From Acutalibacteraceae bacterium (GTDB lineage: Bacteria; Bacillota; Clostridia; Oscillospirales; Acutalibacteraceae), in the NCBI GenBank assembly GCA_045590055.1, contig JAZNQF010000080.1, positions 8,901 through 72,900 of the forward strand: a DNA stretch of 64,000 bases. The letters run 5' to 3'. Below, piece by piece: positions 53,980 to 62,794 of the stretch. The position numbers and the translations under genes were made by a program. The notes beneath the pieces are model-generated. The model was not told the DNA's origin. It saw nothing but the letters and a program-made list of their open reading frames with translations, and did not search any database. Numbering within the stretch: position 1 is the stretch's first letter; the number at the start of each line of letters is the position of its first letter.

Positions 53980-56202
53980 ATGGCGGCAAAAACAGATAAG
54001 AAGTTCGAAAAGAGTGTTTGGGGCATAGTGGCGTTTCTTTGCGTCGTTATGCTGCTTTTTAATATCGGAAGCATAGGCCGCATCATTTTTGCTGACGGAG
54101 AAAAGTACCGTGCCGATGCTCAACAAACACAGCTCAAGGATACTCAGGTGTCCGCTCTCAGGGGTACGATATACGATTCAAACATGAATGTGCTTGCAAA
54201 CAGCTCATATTCATGGAACGTATATATGTCTCCTTACATTATCAAAACAGACGAAACAAGACTCAAAATTGCGGAAAATGTATCACGCATACTTTCGCTT
54301 GATTTTGAAGAATTCTATGCCAAGGTGTGCGACACTGAGGATAGATACGAGGTTGTTAAAAAGCGCATTACCGCTACGGAGAAAACGCAGCTTTCCGAAT
54401 TCATCGACTCAAACGGTTACGGTAACATCGTATACTGCAGCCCGGACTCAATCCGCTATTATCCCAACGGAGCGCTTGCCTCAACCGTGCTTGGTTTCAT
54501 CAACTCAGACGGTGAGGGCGCCGCAGGCATCGAAAGCTATTACAACAGCACACTTACAGGTGTGCCGGGCAGAATCATAACCGCACAGAATGCAAATCAG
54601 GACGCGGTTGAATCGGATTACGAAACCTACATTGATGCCAAGCAGGGCGCCGGCGTTGTGCTGACACTTGACTCCACAATTCAGTACTACCTTGAAAAAG
54701 CTATGGTGCAGGGTACTGCAGATACGTACGCAAAGGGTGCTTACGGACTTGTGATGGACGTAAACACGGGGGCGATTCTTGCAATGTCAAGCCTGCCCAC
54801 GTACGACCCTAACTCTGCTTATAAAATCTACGACGAGGCAACTGTTGCACAGATTGCTTTGATTGCGGATGAACAAGAGCGTAACACTGCAAGCACCAAC
54901 GCTCTTTATGCACAGTGGAAAAATAACAACGTAACCTTCGCCTATGAGCCGGGCTCAATTTTCAAGGTTATAACTCTTGCCGCCGCGCTTGAAGAGGGTG
55001 TTGCAAGCGAATCTACGTCATACACGTGCACGGGCAGCTGCCGCGTTGCAGGCAACACAATCCGCTGCGTTAACAGAAGCGGACACGGCACACAAACGAT
55101 GACCCAGGGTCTCATGAATTCATGCAACCCGTTCTTCATCACCATCAGCCAAAAGATGGATACAAGCACCTTCTATGAATATTTCAAAGCATTCGGTTTC
55201 ACGGAGTCATCGGGTATAGACCTGCCCGCTGAATACAAACCCAAAGAGGGTGAAACAATCCACTATGAAAACAATTTCACCGTTTCAAATCAAGCAAGTA
55301 GCTCCTTCGGTCAAACGTTCAAGTGTAACGCCGTCCAACTTCTCACAGCAGTTTCTGCAGTTGCAAACGGCGGCACGCTCATGCAGCCGCACATCGTCAA
55401 GGCTACTGTTGATGCCGACGGCAACATTCTTTCAACAACTCAGCCTGTTGCAAAAAGGCAGGTCGTTTCCGAATCAACAAGCAAGCGCGTTTGCGCAATG
55501 ATGGAGCAGGTTGTAACATCCGGTACGGGTAAAAACGCATATATCGCAGGCTACCACGTAGCAGGTAAAACCGCTACTTCACAGAAGCTTGACCAGGACG
55601 ACAAAACCGCATACGTTGTTTCTTTCTGCTGCTTTGCTCCTGCAGACGACCCCGAGATTGCAATTCTCATCGTTGTTGACGAGCCGAGAGGGCAGTATCA
55701 GAACGGCAGCATGGTTGCTGCTCCCATTGCAAGAGAGGTTATGGAGCAGAGCCTTGAATATCTCAACGTTGAGCCTGAATACACAGCAAAAGAGCTTGCA
55801 AGCCTCAAATCAACCGCACCTGACCTTGTGGGCAGAACAGTTTCAAACGCTAAGCAGTATGCGGCAAATAAAGGCTTTTCAACCAAGGTTGTAGGCTCAG
55901 GAGATAAGGTTATCTCTCAAATTCCATCATCAAATGCATCAATTCCGGTGAACGGTGTAATTGTTCTTTACACAGAAGAAAACATCGATAAAAACATGGT
56001 TACCGTACCTGACTTTTCGGGTATGACCGTATCTCAGGTTAACAAAAATGGCGTAAACGCCGGTCTTAACGTTATATTCTCAGGTCCAACAAACTCAGGT
56101 GAGGTTGTGGCTTATAAGCAGAATATCGCCGCAGGGCAGAGCGTTGAGGCAGGCTCAAGCATCACGGTTTATTTCCACGCCACCAACGCGGGCGATGACT
56201 AA
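53980..56202 (+). CDS. class B penicillin-binding protein (FtsI/SpoVD-like) with C-terminal PASTA domains
   Basis: 740 aa. Transpeptidase motifs SIFK, SCN and KTAT (KTG-type). The C-terminal ~130 aa are PASTA-like. Confidence 0.85.
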   Translation: MAAKTDKKFEKSVWGIVAFLCVVMLLFNIGSIGRIIFADGEKYRADAQQTQLKDTQVSALRGTIYDSNMNVLANSSYSWNVYMSPYIIKTDETRLKIAENVSRILSLDFEEFYAKVCDTEDRYEVVKKRITATEKTQLSEFIDSNGYGNIVYCSPDSIRYYPNGALASTVLGFINSDGEGAAGIESYYNSTLTGVPGRIITAQNANQDAVESDYETYIDAKQGAGVVLTLDSTIQYYLEKAMVQGTADTYAKGAYGLVMDVNTGAILAMSSLPTYDPNSAYKIYDEATVAQIALIADEQERNTASTNALYAQWKNNNVTFAYEPGSIFKVITLAAALEEGVASESTSYTCTGSCRVAGNTIRCVNRSGHGTQTMTQGLMNSCNPFFITISQKMDTSTFYEYFKAFGFTESSGIDLPAEYKPKEGETIHYENNFTVSNQASSSFGQTFKCNAVQLLTAVSAVANGGTLMQPHIVKATVDADGNILSTTQPVAKRQVVSESTSKRVCAMMEQVVTSGTGKNAYIAGYHVAGKTATSQKLDQDDKTAYVVSFCCFAPADDPEIAILIVVDEPRGQYQNGSMVAAPIAREVMEQSLEYLNVEPEYTAKELASLKSTAPDLVGRTVSNAKQYAANKGFSTKVVGSGDKVISQIPSSNASIPVNGVIVLYTEENIDKNMVTVPDFSGMTVSQVNKNGVNAGLNVIFSGPTNSGEVVAYKQNIAAGQSVEAGSSITVYFHATNAGDD

Positions 56203-56245
56203 ATACAAAACAAGCGCGAAATCTGCGCCGAAAGGAAGGAATATT

Positions 56246-57682
56246 ATGTGGCTGTCTGAATTGTTGAAGCACGTTGATGCAAAAGGCAATTACAAGGACG
56301 TTGAAATTACAGGTGTCACAGAGGACTCAAGGCAATGCCGCGAGGGTTACGTTTTCGTTTGCACTCAGGGTGCAAACGTTGACGGACACAACTATGTACC
56401 TCAGGCACTCGAAAAAGGAGCCGTAGCAATTGTTGCGGCAAGAGACACGGGCGCTGAAAATCAGGTGCTTTGTGAAAACACACGCGAGGCTTACACCCTC
56501 ATGTGTGCAAACTTTTTCGGCAATCCTGCCGAAAAGCTCAAACTTATCGGTATAACCGGTACAAACGGCAAAACCACAACGGCGTTCATGCTTTACGGCA
56601 TACTCAGCGCCGCTGGTCACAAATGCGGTCTCATCGGCACAGTAACAAACATTATTGACGGTGAGCGTGAATACTCAGGACTCACAACTCCCACACCGTT
56701 TGAGCTTCAGCAGACCTTCAAAAAAATGGCAGACTGCGGCACGGAATACTGCATTATGGAGGTTTCCTCACAGGCACTTGTGCAGTGCAGAGTTGCAGGA
56801 TGTGAATTTGAGGCGGCAGTTTTCACAAACCTCACACGTGACCATCTTGATTATCACGGTACACTGGAGGCTTATGCCGATGCAAAGGCAATGCTTTTCA
56901 AGCAGTCAAAAATTGCCGTAATGAATTATGATGATGAAGCAAAAGATAAAATGCTTGAAGGTTCAGCTTGCAAGGTGTTCACATATTCCGCAAAGTCTGA
57001 TGACTCTGACTTCTCCGCAAAATACGTCCGTTTGCACGATACGGGCGTTGATTACACAATCGTCGGTGACGGCGGCATAATCAACAGAGTCAACGTATGT
57101 ATGCCCGGTATGTTCAACGTCTACAACTCAGCGGCGGCAATTGTCTGCTGTGTTGCAGTCGGCATGGATATCTCCGATGCGTGTGAGTATATGAAAACCG
57201 TGAAAGGTGTACCCGGCAGAGCAGAAATTGTTGAAACAGACACACCTTACAGAGTTATAATTGACTTTGCACATACCCCCGACGGACTTGAGAATATCAT
57301 TTCCTCGCTCAATAAATACAAAAAAGGCAGAGTTATTGCAGTTTTTGGTTGCGGCGGCGATAGGGACAGAACGAAGCGTCCGCTCATGGGCCGAACTGTC
57401 GGTCAGCTTGCCGATATCGCGGTTGTCACTTCTGATAACCCGAGAACAGAAGATCCTGATGCAATAATCAAAGATATCCTTGAGGGTATGAAAAATGTGA
57501 CGATTCCGGTACACGTTGAAGCAGACAGAACAAAGGCTATCGCTTATGCGATGGGCATTGCTCAGGAGGGCGACATTGTTCTGCTTGCAGGTAAGGGTCA
57601 CGAGGATTACCAGATAATCGGCACAACAAAAATACACTATGACGAACGTGAAATTGTAAAAGGAATTTTATCTGCAAAATAG
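56246..57682 (+). CDS. murE: UDP-N-acetylmuramoyl-L-alanyl-D-glutamate--2,6-diaminopimelate ligase
   Basis: GITGTNGKTTT P-loop and a DNPR motif (TSDNPRTEDP), which indicates meso-DAP specificity. ATG at 56246 after AAGGAAGGA. Confidence 0.9.
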   Translation: MWLSELLKHVDAKGNYKDVEITGVTEDSRQCREGYVFVCTQGANVDGHNYVPQALEKGAVAIVAARDTGAENQVLCENTREAYTLMCANFFGNPAEKLKLIGITGTNGKTTTAFMLYGILSAAGHKCGLIGTVTNIIDGEREYSGLTTPTPFELQQTFKKMADCGTEYCIMEVSSQALVQCRVAGCEFEAAVFTNLTRDHLDYHGTLEAYADAKAMLFKQSKIAVMNYDDEAKDKMLEGSACKVFTYSAKSDDSDFSAKYVRLHDTGVDYTIVGDGGIINRVNVCMPGMFNVYNSAAAIVCCVAVGMDISDACEYMKTVKGVPGRAEIVETDTPYRVIIDFAHTPDGLENIISSLNKYKKGRVIAVFGCGGDRDRTKRPLMGRTVGQLADIAVVTSDNPRTEDPDAIIKDILEGMKNVTIPVHVEADRTKAIAYAMGIAQEGDIVLLAGKGHEDYQIIGTTKIHYDEREIVKGILSAK

Positions 57683-57694
57683 GAGGACTGAAAA

Positions 57695-58735
57695 ATGAAC
57701 ATTTTTTCTTCATCGGCATTGTCAGCCGTGGTTGCATTTGCAGTAACGGCACTTCTCGGCTTTGTGCTTATACCCATTCTTCACAAGCTCAAATTCGGGC
57801 AGACAATTCTTGTTGATATCGGACCCAAGTGGCATGCCAAAAAGCAGGGTACACCCACAATGGGCGGCTTCATGTTCATCATCGGTGTTATACTTGCCGT
57901 TGCAGTTGCCGCACTGACTTGCATGCTGACGGATTTTTCGCTTTTCTCTGAGTTTGATTTTGACAGAAACAAAGAAATAACAAAGCTTTGGGGCGGCATC
58001 CTTTTTGCAGTATGCTTCGCACTCATAGGCTTTGCCGATGACTACATCAAGGTTGTTAAAAAACGAAACCTCGGACTTACCGAGATACAGAAAACAATCC
58101 CTCAGCTTATTGCAATTGCTGCATATCTCAGCGGCTTGTGGATTTCGGGTGGACAGAATGACATCACAATGTTCGTTCCCTTCGTCGGCAATGTCAGAAT
58201 GGGTTGGTTTTTCTGGATTTTCGGTATTTGTGTAATCTACGGTGCAATCAACGCAGTTAACTTTACAGACGGAGTAGACGGACTTTGCGGCAGTGTTACA
58301 CTCACAGCAGGTGTTGCACTTGCTGTTATTGCAATGCTCAGGGAATACACCTCAATGACAATTCTTTCATGTGCACTTGTCGGTGCATGTGCAGGTTATC
58401 TTATTTGGAACCATTATCCTGCAAAGGTGATGATGGGCGACACAGGCTCAATGTTCTTGGGCGGCATTGTTGTTGCAATTGCTTACGGACTTGATTGCCC
58501 GATAATTCTGCTTCCTGTGGGCATTATATATGTAATAGAAGCTATGTCCGACGTCATACAGATAGGAAGCATCAAGCTTCGCCACAAAAAAGTTTTCCTC
58601 ATGGCACCCATTCATCATCATTTTGAAATGAAGGGTTGGAAGGAAACCAAGGTTGTTGCGGTGTTCACTGCAGTTAACATCATAGGTGGCATTATCGGCG
58701 TTTTGCTGATGTATTTCGGCGGATACAAAATCTGA
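57695..58735 (+). CDS. mraY: phospho-N-acetylmuramoyl-pentapeptide transferase
   Basis: GTPTMGG, NAVNFTDGVDGL, MGDTGS and PIHHHFE motifs. Confidence 0.9.
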   Translation: MNIFSSSALSAVVAFAVTALLGFVLIPILHKLKFGQTILVDIGPKWHAKKQGTPTMGGFMFIIGVILAVAVAALTCMLTDFSLFSEFDFDRNKEITKLWGGILFAVCFALIGFADDYIKVVKKRNLGLTEIQKTIPQLIAIAAYLSGLWISGGQNDITMFVPFVGNVRMGWFFWIFGICVIYGAINAVNFTDGVDGLCGSVTLTAGVALAVIAMLREYTSMTILSCALVGACAGYLIWNHYPAKVMMGDTGSMFLGGIVVAIAYGLDCPIILLPVGIIYVIEAMSDVIQIGSIKLRHKKVFLMAPIHHHFEMKGWKETKVVAVFTAVNIIGGIIGVLLMYFGGYKI

Positions 58736-58774
58736 TTTACCTTTATTTAAAACGAAAAATAAGGAGGCGCTGAC

Positions 58775-60217
58775 ATGCAATATAACGAAAGCGGTCGCAC
58801 AGGATACAACACAAGGCAAGCGCGCGGTGCATCAGCACCTTCGTCAGCCAAGTCACCGCTGCGTCGCAATACGGCACACAGAGCGCAGTCATCAGGCAAC
58901 ACTCAGCGCGTAAATTACGGTCAACCGTCGGTTAATCGCGACGGGCAAAGGCGTGCGCCGCAGAACATGAGTGCAGATACAGCAACGCAGAAAATTGACC
59001 TCAGGAAGCTCAAAAGACGCTTTATACTCACCGGCTCGCTGGATGTTCCGTTCATAATTATCGTCCTTGCGCTTCTTACAATCGGTGTGCTGATGATGTT
59101 CTCGGCAAGTTACACTGCGTCTTATTACAAAAATGATGGCGATGCTTTCTGGTTTGTAAAAAAGCAGGCACTTTTTGCGGTTGCAGGTGTAATCATTATG
59201 CTTATCGTCAGCAAGATTGACTACCGCATATACAACAGCGGGCTTACTTTTCTGGCGGTTGCCGTAACCTTTGTTTTGCTGATTGTTGTTTTGTTCATGC
59301 CCGCAAGGGATGGATTCAGACGTTGGATACCTATAGGTCCGGCAAGCTTCCAGCCGTCAGAGATTGCCAAGTTTACGCTGATACTGTTGTTGGCGTTCAT
59401 AATGTCGCGAACGCAGAAGTATATGCGCAGTAACGGCAAAATCTGCTTCAGGGCGATGCTTGACCAGAACTTAGGGCCCGTCTGGAACAACAATGAAAAC
59501 GGTGTTATAAGGCAGAACTTTGCACTTACGGTGCTGTATGCGATGATTATTCTCATATACGCCGCGTTCATTCTTCTTGAAAAGCATCTTTCGTGTACCG
59601 TGCTCATTCTGCTCATCGGTATGAGCATGATGTGGCTCGGCGGTGTAAGACGTAAATGGTTCATCCTTGTTGGTGTGCTTGTTGCGGTGGTTGTTGTCAC
59701 AATCTACCTCAAGCCCGACATTCTGCCCGAATACGCAACCGAGAGAATCGTTGCGTGGAAGGACAAAAGCTATTCTCCGCTGGATAAGCGCTGGCAGATT
59801 AACCAGAGCCTCAACGCAATTGCATCGGGCGGTCCCTTCGGTCTCGGCTTCGGCAATTCAAGGCAGAAGAACCTCTATGTTTCCGAGCCGCAGAACGACT
59901 TTATCTTTGCAATCGTCACAGAGGAGCTTGGTTTCGTGGGGGCAACGGCAATCATTCTTCTTTTTGCCGCACTTGTTTACAGAGGAGCAAAAATTGCAAC
60001 CAACACCAAAGATGTTTTCGGTGCACTCTTGTGCATGGGCATCGTTCTTCAGATAGGTATACAGACCGCGCTTAACATCATGGTTGTAACAGACACAATG
60101 CCCAACACGGGTATCAGCCTTCCGTTCTTCAGCTACGGCGGCACGTCGCTTGTGATGCTGCTTGCCGAAACAGGTGTTGTGCTATCGGTTTCAAGGCGCT
60201 CAAACATCAACAGATAA
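58775..60217 (+). CDS. ftsW: SEDS family protein FtsW/SpoVE with a basic, low-complexity N-terminal extension of about 90 aa
   Basis: SEDS core (QPSEIAKF, NDFIFAIVTEELGF, LPFFSYGGTS). Located in the dcw cluster. The N-terminus is R/Q/S/N-rich. Confidence 0.85.
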   Translation: MQYNESGRTGYNTRQARGASAPSSAKSPLRRNTAHRAQSSGNTQRVNYGQPSVNRDGQRRAPQNMSADTATQKIDLRKLKRRFILTGSLDVPFIIIVLALLTIGVLMMFSASYTASYYKNDGDAFWFVKKQALFAVAGVIIMLIVSKIDYRIYNSGLTFLAVAVTFVLLIVVLFMPARDGFRRWIPIGPASFQPSEIAKFTLILLLAFIMSRTQKYMRSNGKICFRAMLDQNLGPVWNNNENGVIRQNFALTVLYAMIILIYAAFILLEKHLSCTVLILLIGMSMMWLGGVRRKWFILVGVLVAVVVVTIYLKPDILPEYATERIVAWKDKSYSPLDKRWQINQSLNAIASGGPFGLGFGNSRQKNLYVSEPQNDFIFAIVTEELGFVGATAIILLFAALVYRGAKIATNTKDVFGALLCMGIVLQIGIQTALNIMVVTDTMPNTGISLPFFSYGGTSLVMLLAETGVVLSVSRRSNINR

Positions 60218-60230
60218 GGGGATATATAAA

Positions 60231-61349
60231 ATGAAAATAATCTTTGCCGCAGGCGGTACGGGCGGTCACATCAATCCTGCGCTCGCCGCCGCAGGAGAAA
60301 TCCGCGAAAATTATCCTGATGCTGAAATTCTTTTCATCGGCAACGCAAACAAAATGGAAGCAAGGCTTGTGCCCGAAGCAGGCTTTGATTTTCGCACAAT
60401 CAAAATTTCGGGATTTCAGCGCAAAATCAGCATACAAAACATCATTAGAAATATTATCACTGTGTTTTTAATTTTTACTTCAACGTTTCAGGTTAAGAAG
60501 ATTCTCAAGGATTTCAAGCCTGACGTTGTTGTAGGCTTCGGCGGTTACGTCAGCGGCCCCGTTGTGCGTTCGGCCGCAAAAATGGGCATTCCCACCGCAA
60601 TCCACGAGCAGAACGCTTATCCGGGCGTGACCAACAAAACGCTCGCCAAGGTTGTTGACAAGGTTATGCTCACCGTCGCGGATGCCGAAAAACACCTTCA
60701 GCCGAAAAATCCCTGCATTGTTACGGGTTTACCCGTAAGAGGTGAGTTGCTCAGGGCAGACAGGGATTTCAGCAGAGCCGAGCTTGGTGTTAAAGACGGC
60801 AGTACGCTCATTCTTTCAATGGGCGGCAGCCTTGGTGCAATGACCGTCAACGAAGCGATGGTCGGTTACATAGCGGCAAAAAGCGGCAACAAGAACCTGC
60901 ACTTTATTCATGCCTACGGACAGTACGGCAAATGGGTACCGGACAAGCTCAAGGAAAAAGGCGTTGATGCATCCGTATGCGATAACGTTGAACTCAGGGA
61001 ATACATCAATGATATGGCGCGTTGCATGTCTGCGGCAGACCTTGTTATCTGCAGAGCGGGCGCAAGCTCGCTGAGCGAACTGCAGGCAATGGGTAAGCCG
61101 TCTGTGCTTATTCCTTCACCAAACGTTGCGGAAAATCACCAATACCACAACGCTATGGCGCTTGTAAACAACGGCGCGGCGGTTATTATTGAAGAAAAAC
61201 AGCTCACAGCAGAGCTTTTTGAAAAAACACTCGACGAGCTTACGTCAGACAAGGCGAAGCTTGAAGCAATCGGCAAAAATGCGCTTGCCATGGCAAAGCC
61301 GCAGGCAAAGAAAGATATAGCAGACATTATTGTGTCACTTGCAAAATAA
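60231..61349 (+). CDS. murG: undecaprenyldiphospho-muramoylpentapeptide beta-N-acetylglucosaminyltransferase
   Basis: MKIIFAAGGTGGHINPALA at the start and a C-terminal GASSLSEL motif. Confidence 0.9.
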   Translation: MKIIFAAGGTGGHINPALAAAGEIRENYPDAEILFIGNANKMEARLVPEAGFDFRTIKISGFQRKISIQNIIRNIITVFLIFTSTFQVKKILKDFKPDVVVGFGGYVSGPVVRSAAKMGIPTAIHEQNAYPGVTNKTLAKVVDKVMLTVADAEKHLQPKNPCIVTGLPVRGELLRADRDFSRAELGVKDGSTLILSMGGSLGAMTVNEAMVGYIAAKSGNKNLHFIHAYGQYGKWVPDKLKEKGVDASVCDNVELREYINDMARCMSAADLVICRAGASSLSELQAMGKPSVLIPSPNVAENHQYHNAMALVNNGAAVIIEEKQLTAELFEKTLDELTSDKAKLEAIGKNALAMAKPQAKKDIADIIVSLAK

Positions 61350-61481
61350 AACGTTCAACTCCCGTAATGCATCGGTATTACGGGGGTTGTTATATTCAAT
61401 GTGCAAAGAGTGGTGCAACGTCAATTTTTTATACGTGGTGTATGGTGCCGTTTTTAAATACGGCACAAATCACCTGTTTTT

Positions 61482-61526
61482 GCCTTTCAGCATAGAATAA
61501 AACGGATTACTTATTAGCTGAAAGGC
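61482..61526 (+). promoter_or_regulatory. hairpin sequestering the murA ribosome-binding site
   Basis: 10-bp stem GCCTTTCAGC (61482-61491) / GCTGAAAGGC (61517-61526). The 3' arm contains the GAAAGG RBS, about 10 nt before the GTG at 61537. Confidence 0.35.
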
Positions 61527-61536
61527 GTTGATTTTT

Positions 61537-62793
61537 GTGAATAAGCTTATTATTGAAGGCGGAAAAAGTCTTTGCGGAAAAATCAGGGTGCAGGGCTCCA
61601 AAAACAGTCTGTTACCTATACTTGCCGCAACAGTGGTTGCAAAAGGAGAGAGTGTGTTACATAACTGCCCCGAGCTTACGGACGTTGAAGCAGCGGTGGC
61701 GATTCTCAGACACCTCGGTTGTAAGGTTTTGCGACAAAATGATACGTTGACTATTGACTCGGGCGCGATAAACCGTTATGATATACCTGAGACACTGATG
61801 AGGGAAATGCGCTCGTCAATTGTTTTTCTCGGCTCAGTTACGGCGCGTACGGGTATGGCGGTTCTGTCTGCACCGGGCGGTTGTGAAATCGGGCTGAGAC
61901 CAATTGACCTGCACGTATCCTCGCTTAAAAAACTCGGTGTAACGTTCAAAGACAGTTGGGGCAACATCGAATGTTGCTCGAACGGCAGGCTCAAAGGCAC
62001 AGAAATCACACTGTCGTTTCCAAGCGTAGGTGCAACAGAAAACATCATGCTTGCTGCTGCCACGGCAAACGGCACAACGGTTATCAACAACGCGGCAAGA
62101 GAACCTGAAATAGACGACCTTGCGGCTTTCCTCAATGCTTGCGGTGCTGATATTTCTGTTGACGGCACGGGCACTGTTGTTATCAATGGCGTTCAGTTTC
62201 TGCACGGCGCACACCACACGGTTATACCGGACAGAATTGTTGCGGCAACATATATGTCGGCTGTTTGTGCGGCAGGCGGCGATGTTTTGCTTGAAAACAT
62301 TGATTCCCGCCATCTCACGCCGATTCTGCCTGTTTTTGAGCAGGCAGGCTGTGCACTTTGCGTGAGTGAAAGCTCCTTGCGAATTACATCACGCGGAAGG
62401 CCGAAAATGCTCAGAAGCGTGCGGACTATGCCTTATCCCGGTTTTCCTACAGATGCACAGGCACCCGTGATGGCAATGGCGTGTGTTGCAAGGGGAACGA
62501 GCGTCATTGTTGAAAACATTTTTGAAAGCAGATTCAAGCATGTCAGTGAGCTTGTGCGTATGGGCGCAGAAATTAAAGTTGAGGGCAGGGTAGCCGTTGT
62601 TTACGGAGTTGAGCGCCTTTACGGCGCAAAGGTTGTTGCAACGGATTTACGCGGCGGCGGAGCTCTTGCGGTTGCAGGGCTTGCGGCGGTCGGCACAACG
62701 GAAATCACGGGTGTCGGTCACATAGACCGCGGATATGAATGCCTTGAAAATAATCTGAGACAAATCGGTGCATCAATAATTAGAGGTACGTAA
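61537..62793 (+). CDS. murA: UDP-N-acetylglucosamine 1-carboxyvinyltransferase
   Basis: NKLIIEGGKSLCGKIRVQGSKNS N-terminus and a catalytic Cys loop (PGGCEIGLRPIDLH). A GTG start at 61537 is preferred over the in-frame TTG at 61528. Confidence 0.88.
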   Translation: MNKLIIEGGKSLCGKIRVQGSKNSLLPILAATVVAKGESVLHNCPELTDVEAAVAILRHLGCKVLRQNDTLTIDSGAINRYDIPETLMREMRSSIVFLGSVTARTGMAVLSAPGGCEIGLRPIDLHVSSLKKLGVTFKDSWGNIECCSNGRLKGTEITLSFPSVGATENIMLAAATANGTTVINNAAREPEIDDLAAFLNACGADISVDGTGTVVINGVQFLHGAHHTVIPDRIVAATYMSAVCAAGGDVLLENIDSRHLTPILPVFEQAGCALCVSESSLRITSRGRPKMLRSVRTMPYPGFPTDAQAPVMAMACVARGTSVIVENIFESRFKHVSELVRMGAEIKVEGRVAVVYGVERLYGAKVVATDLRGGGALAVAGLAAVGTTEITGVGHIDRGYECLENNLRQIGASIIRGT

Positions 62794-62794
62794 G

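Noticed and set aside
56099-56245. N-terminal extension of the murE ORF overlapping the PBP gene
   Set aside because: The conserved MurE sequence begins at MWLSELL (ATG 56246), which has an AAGGAAGGA RBS. The upstream part is the out-of-frame tail of the PBP gene.
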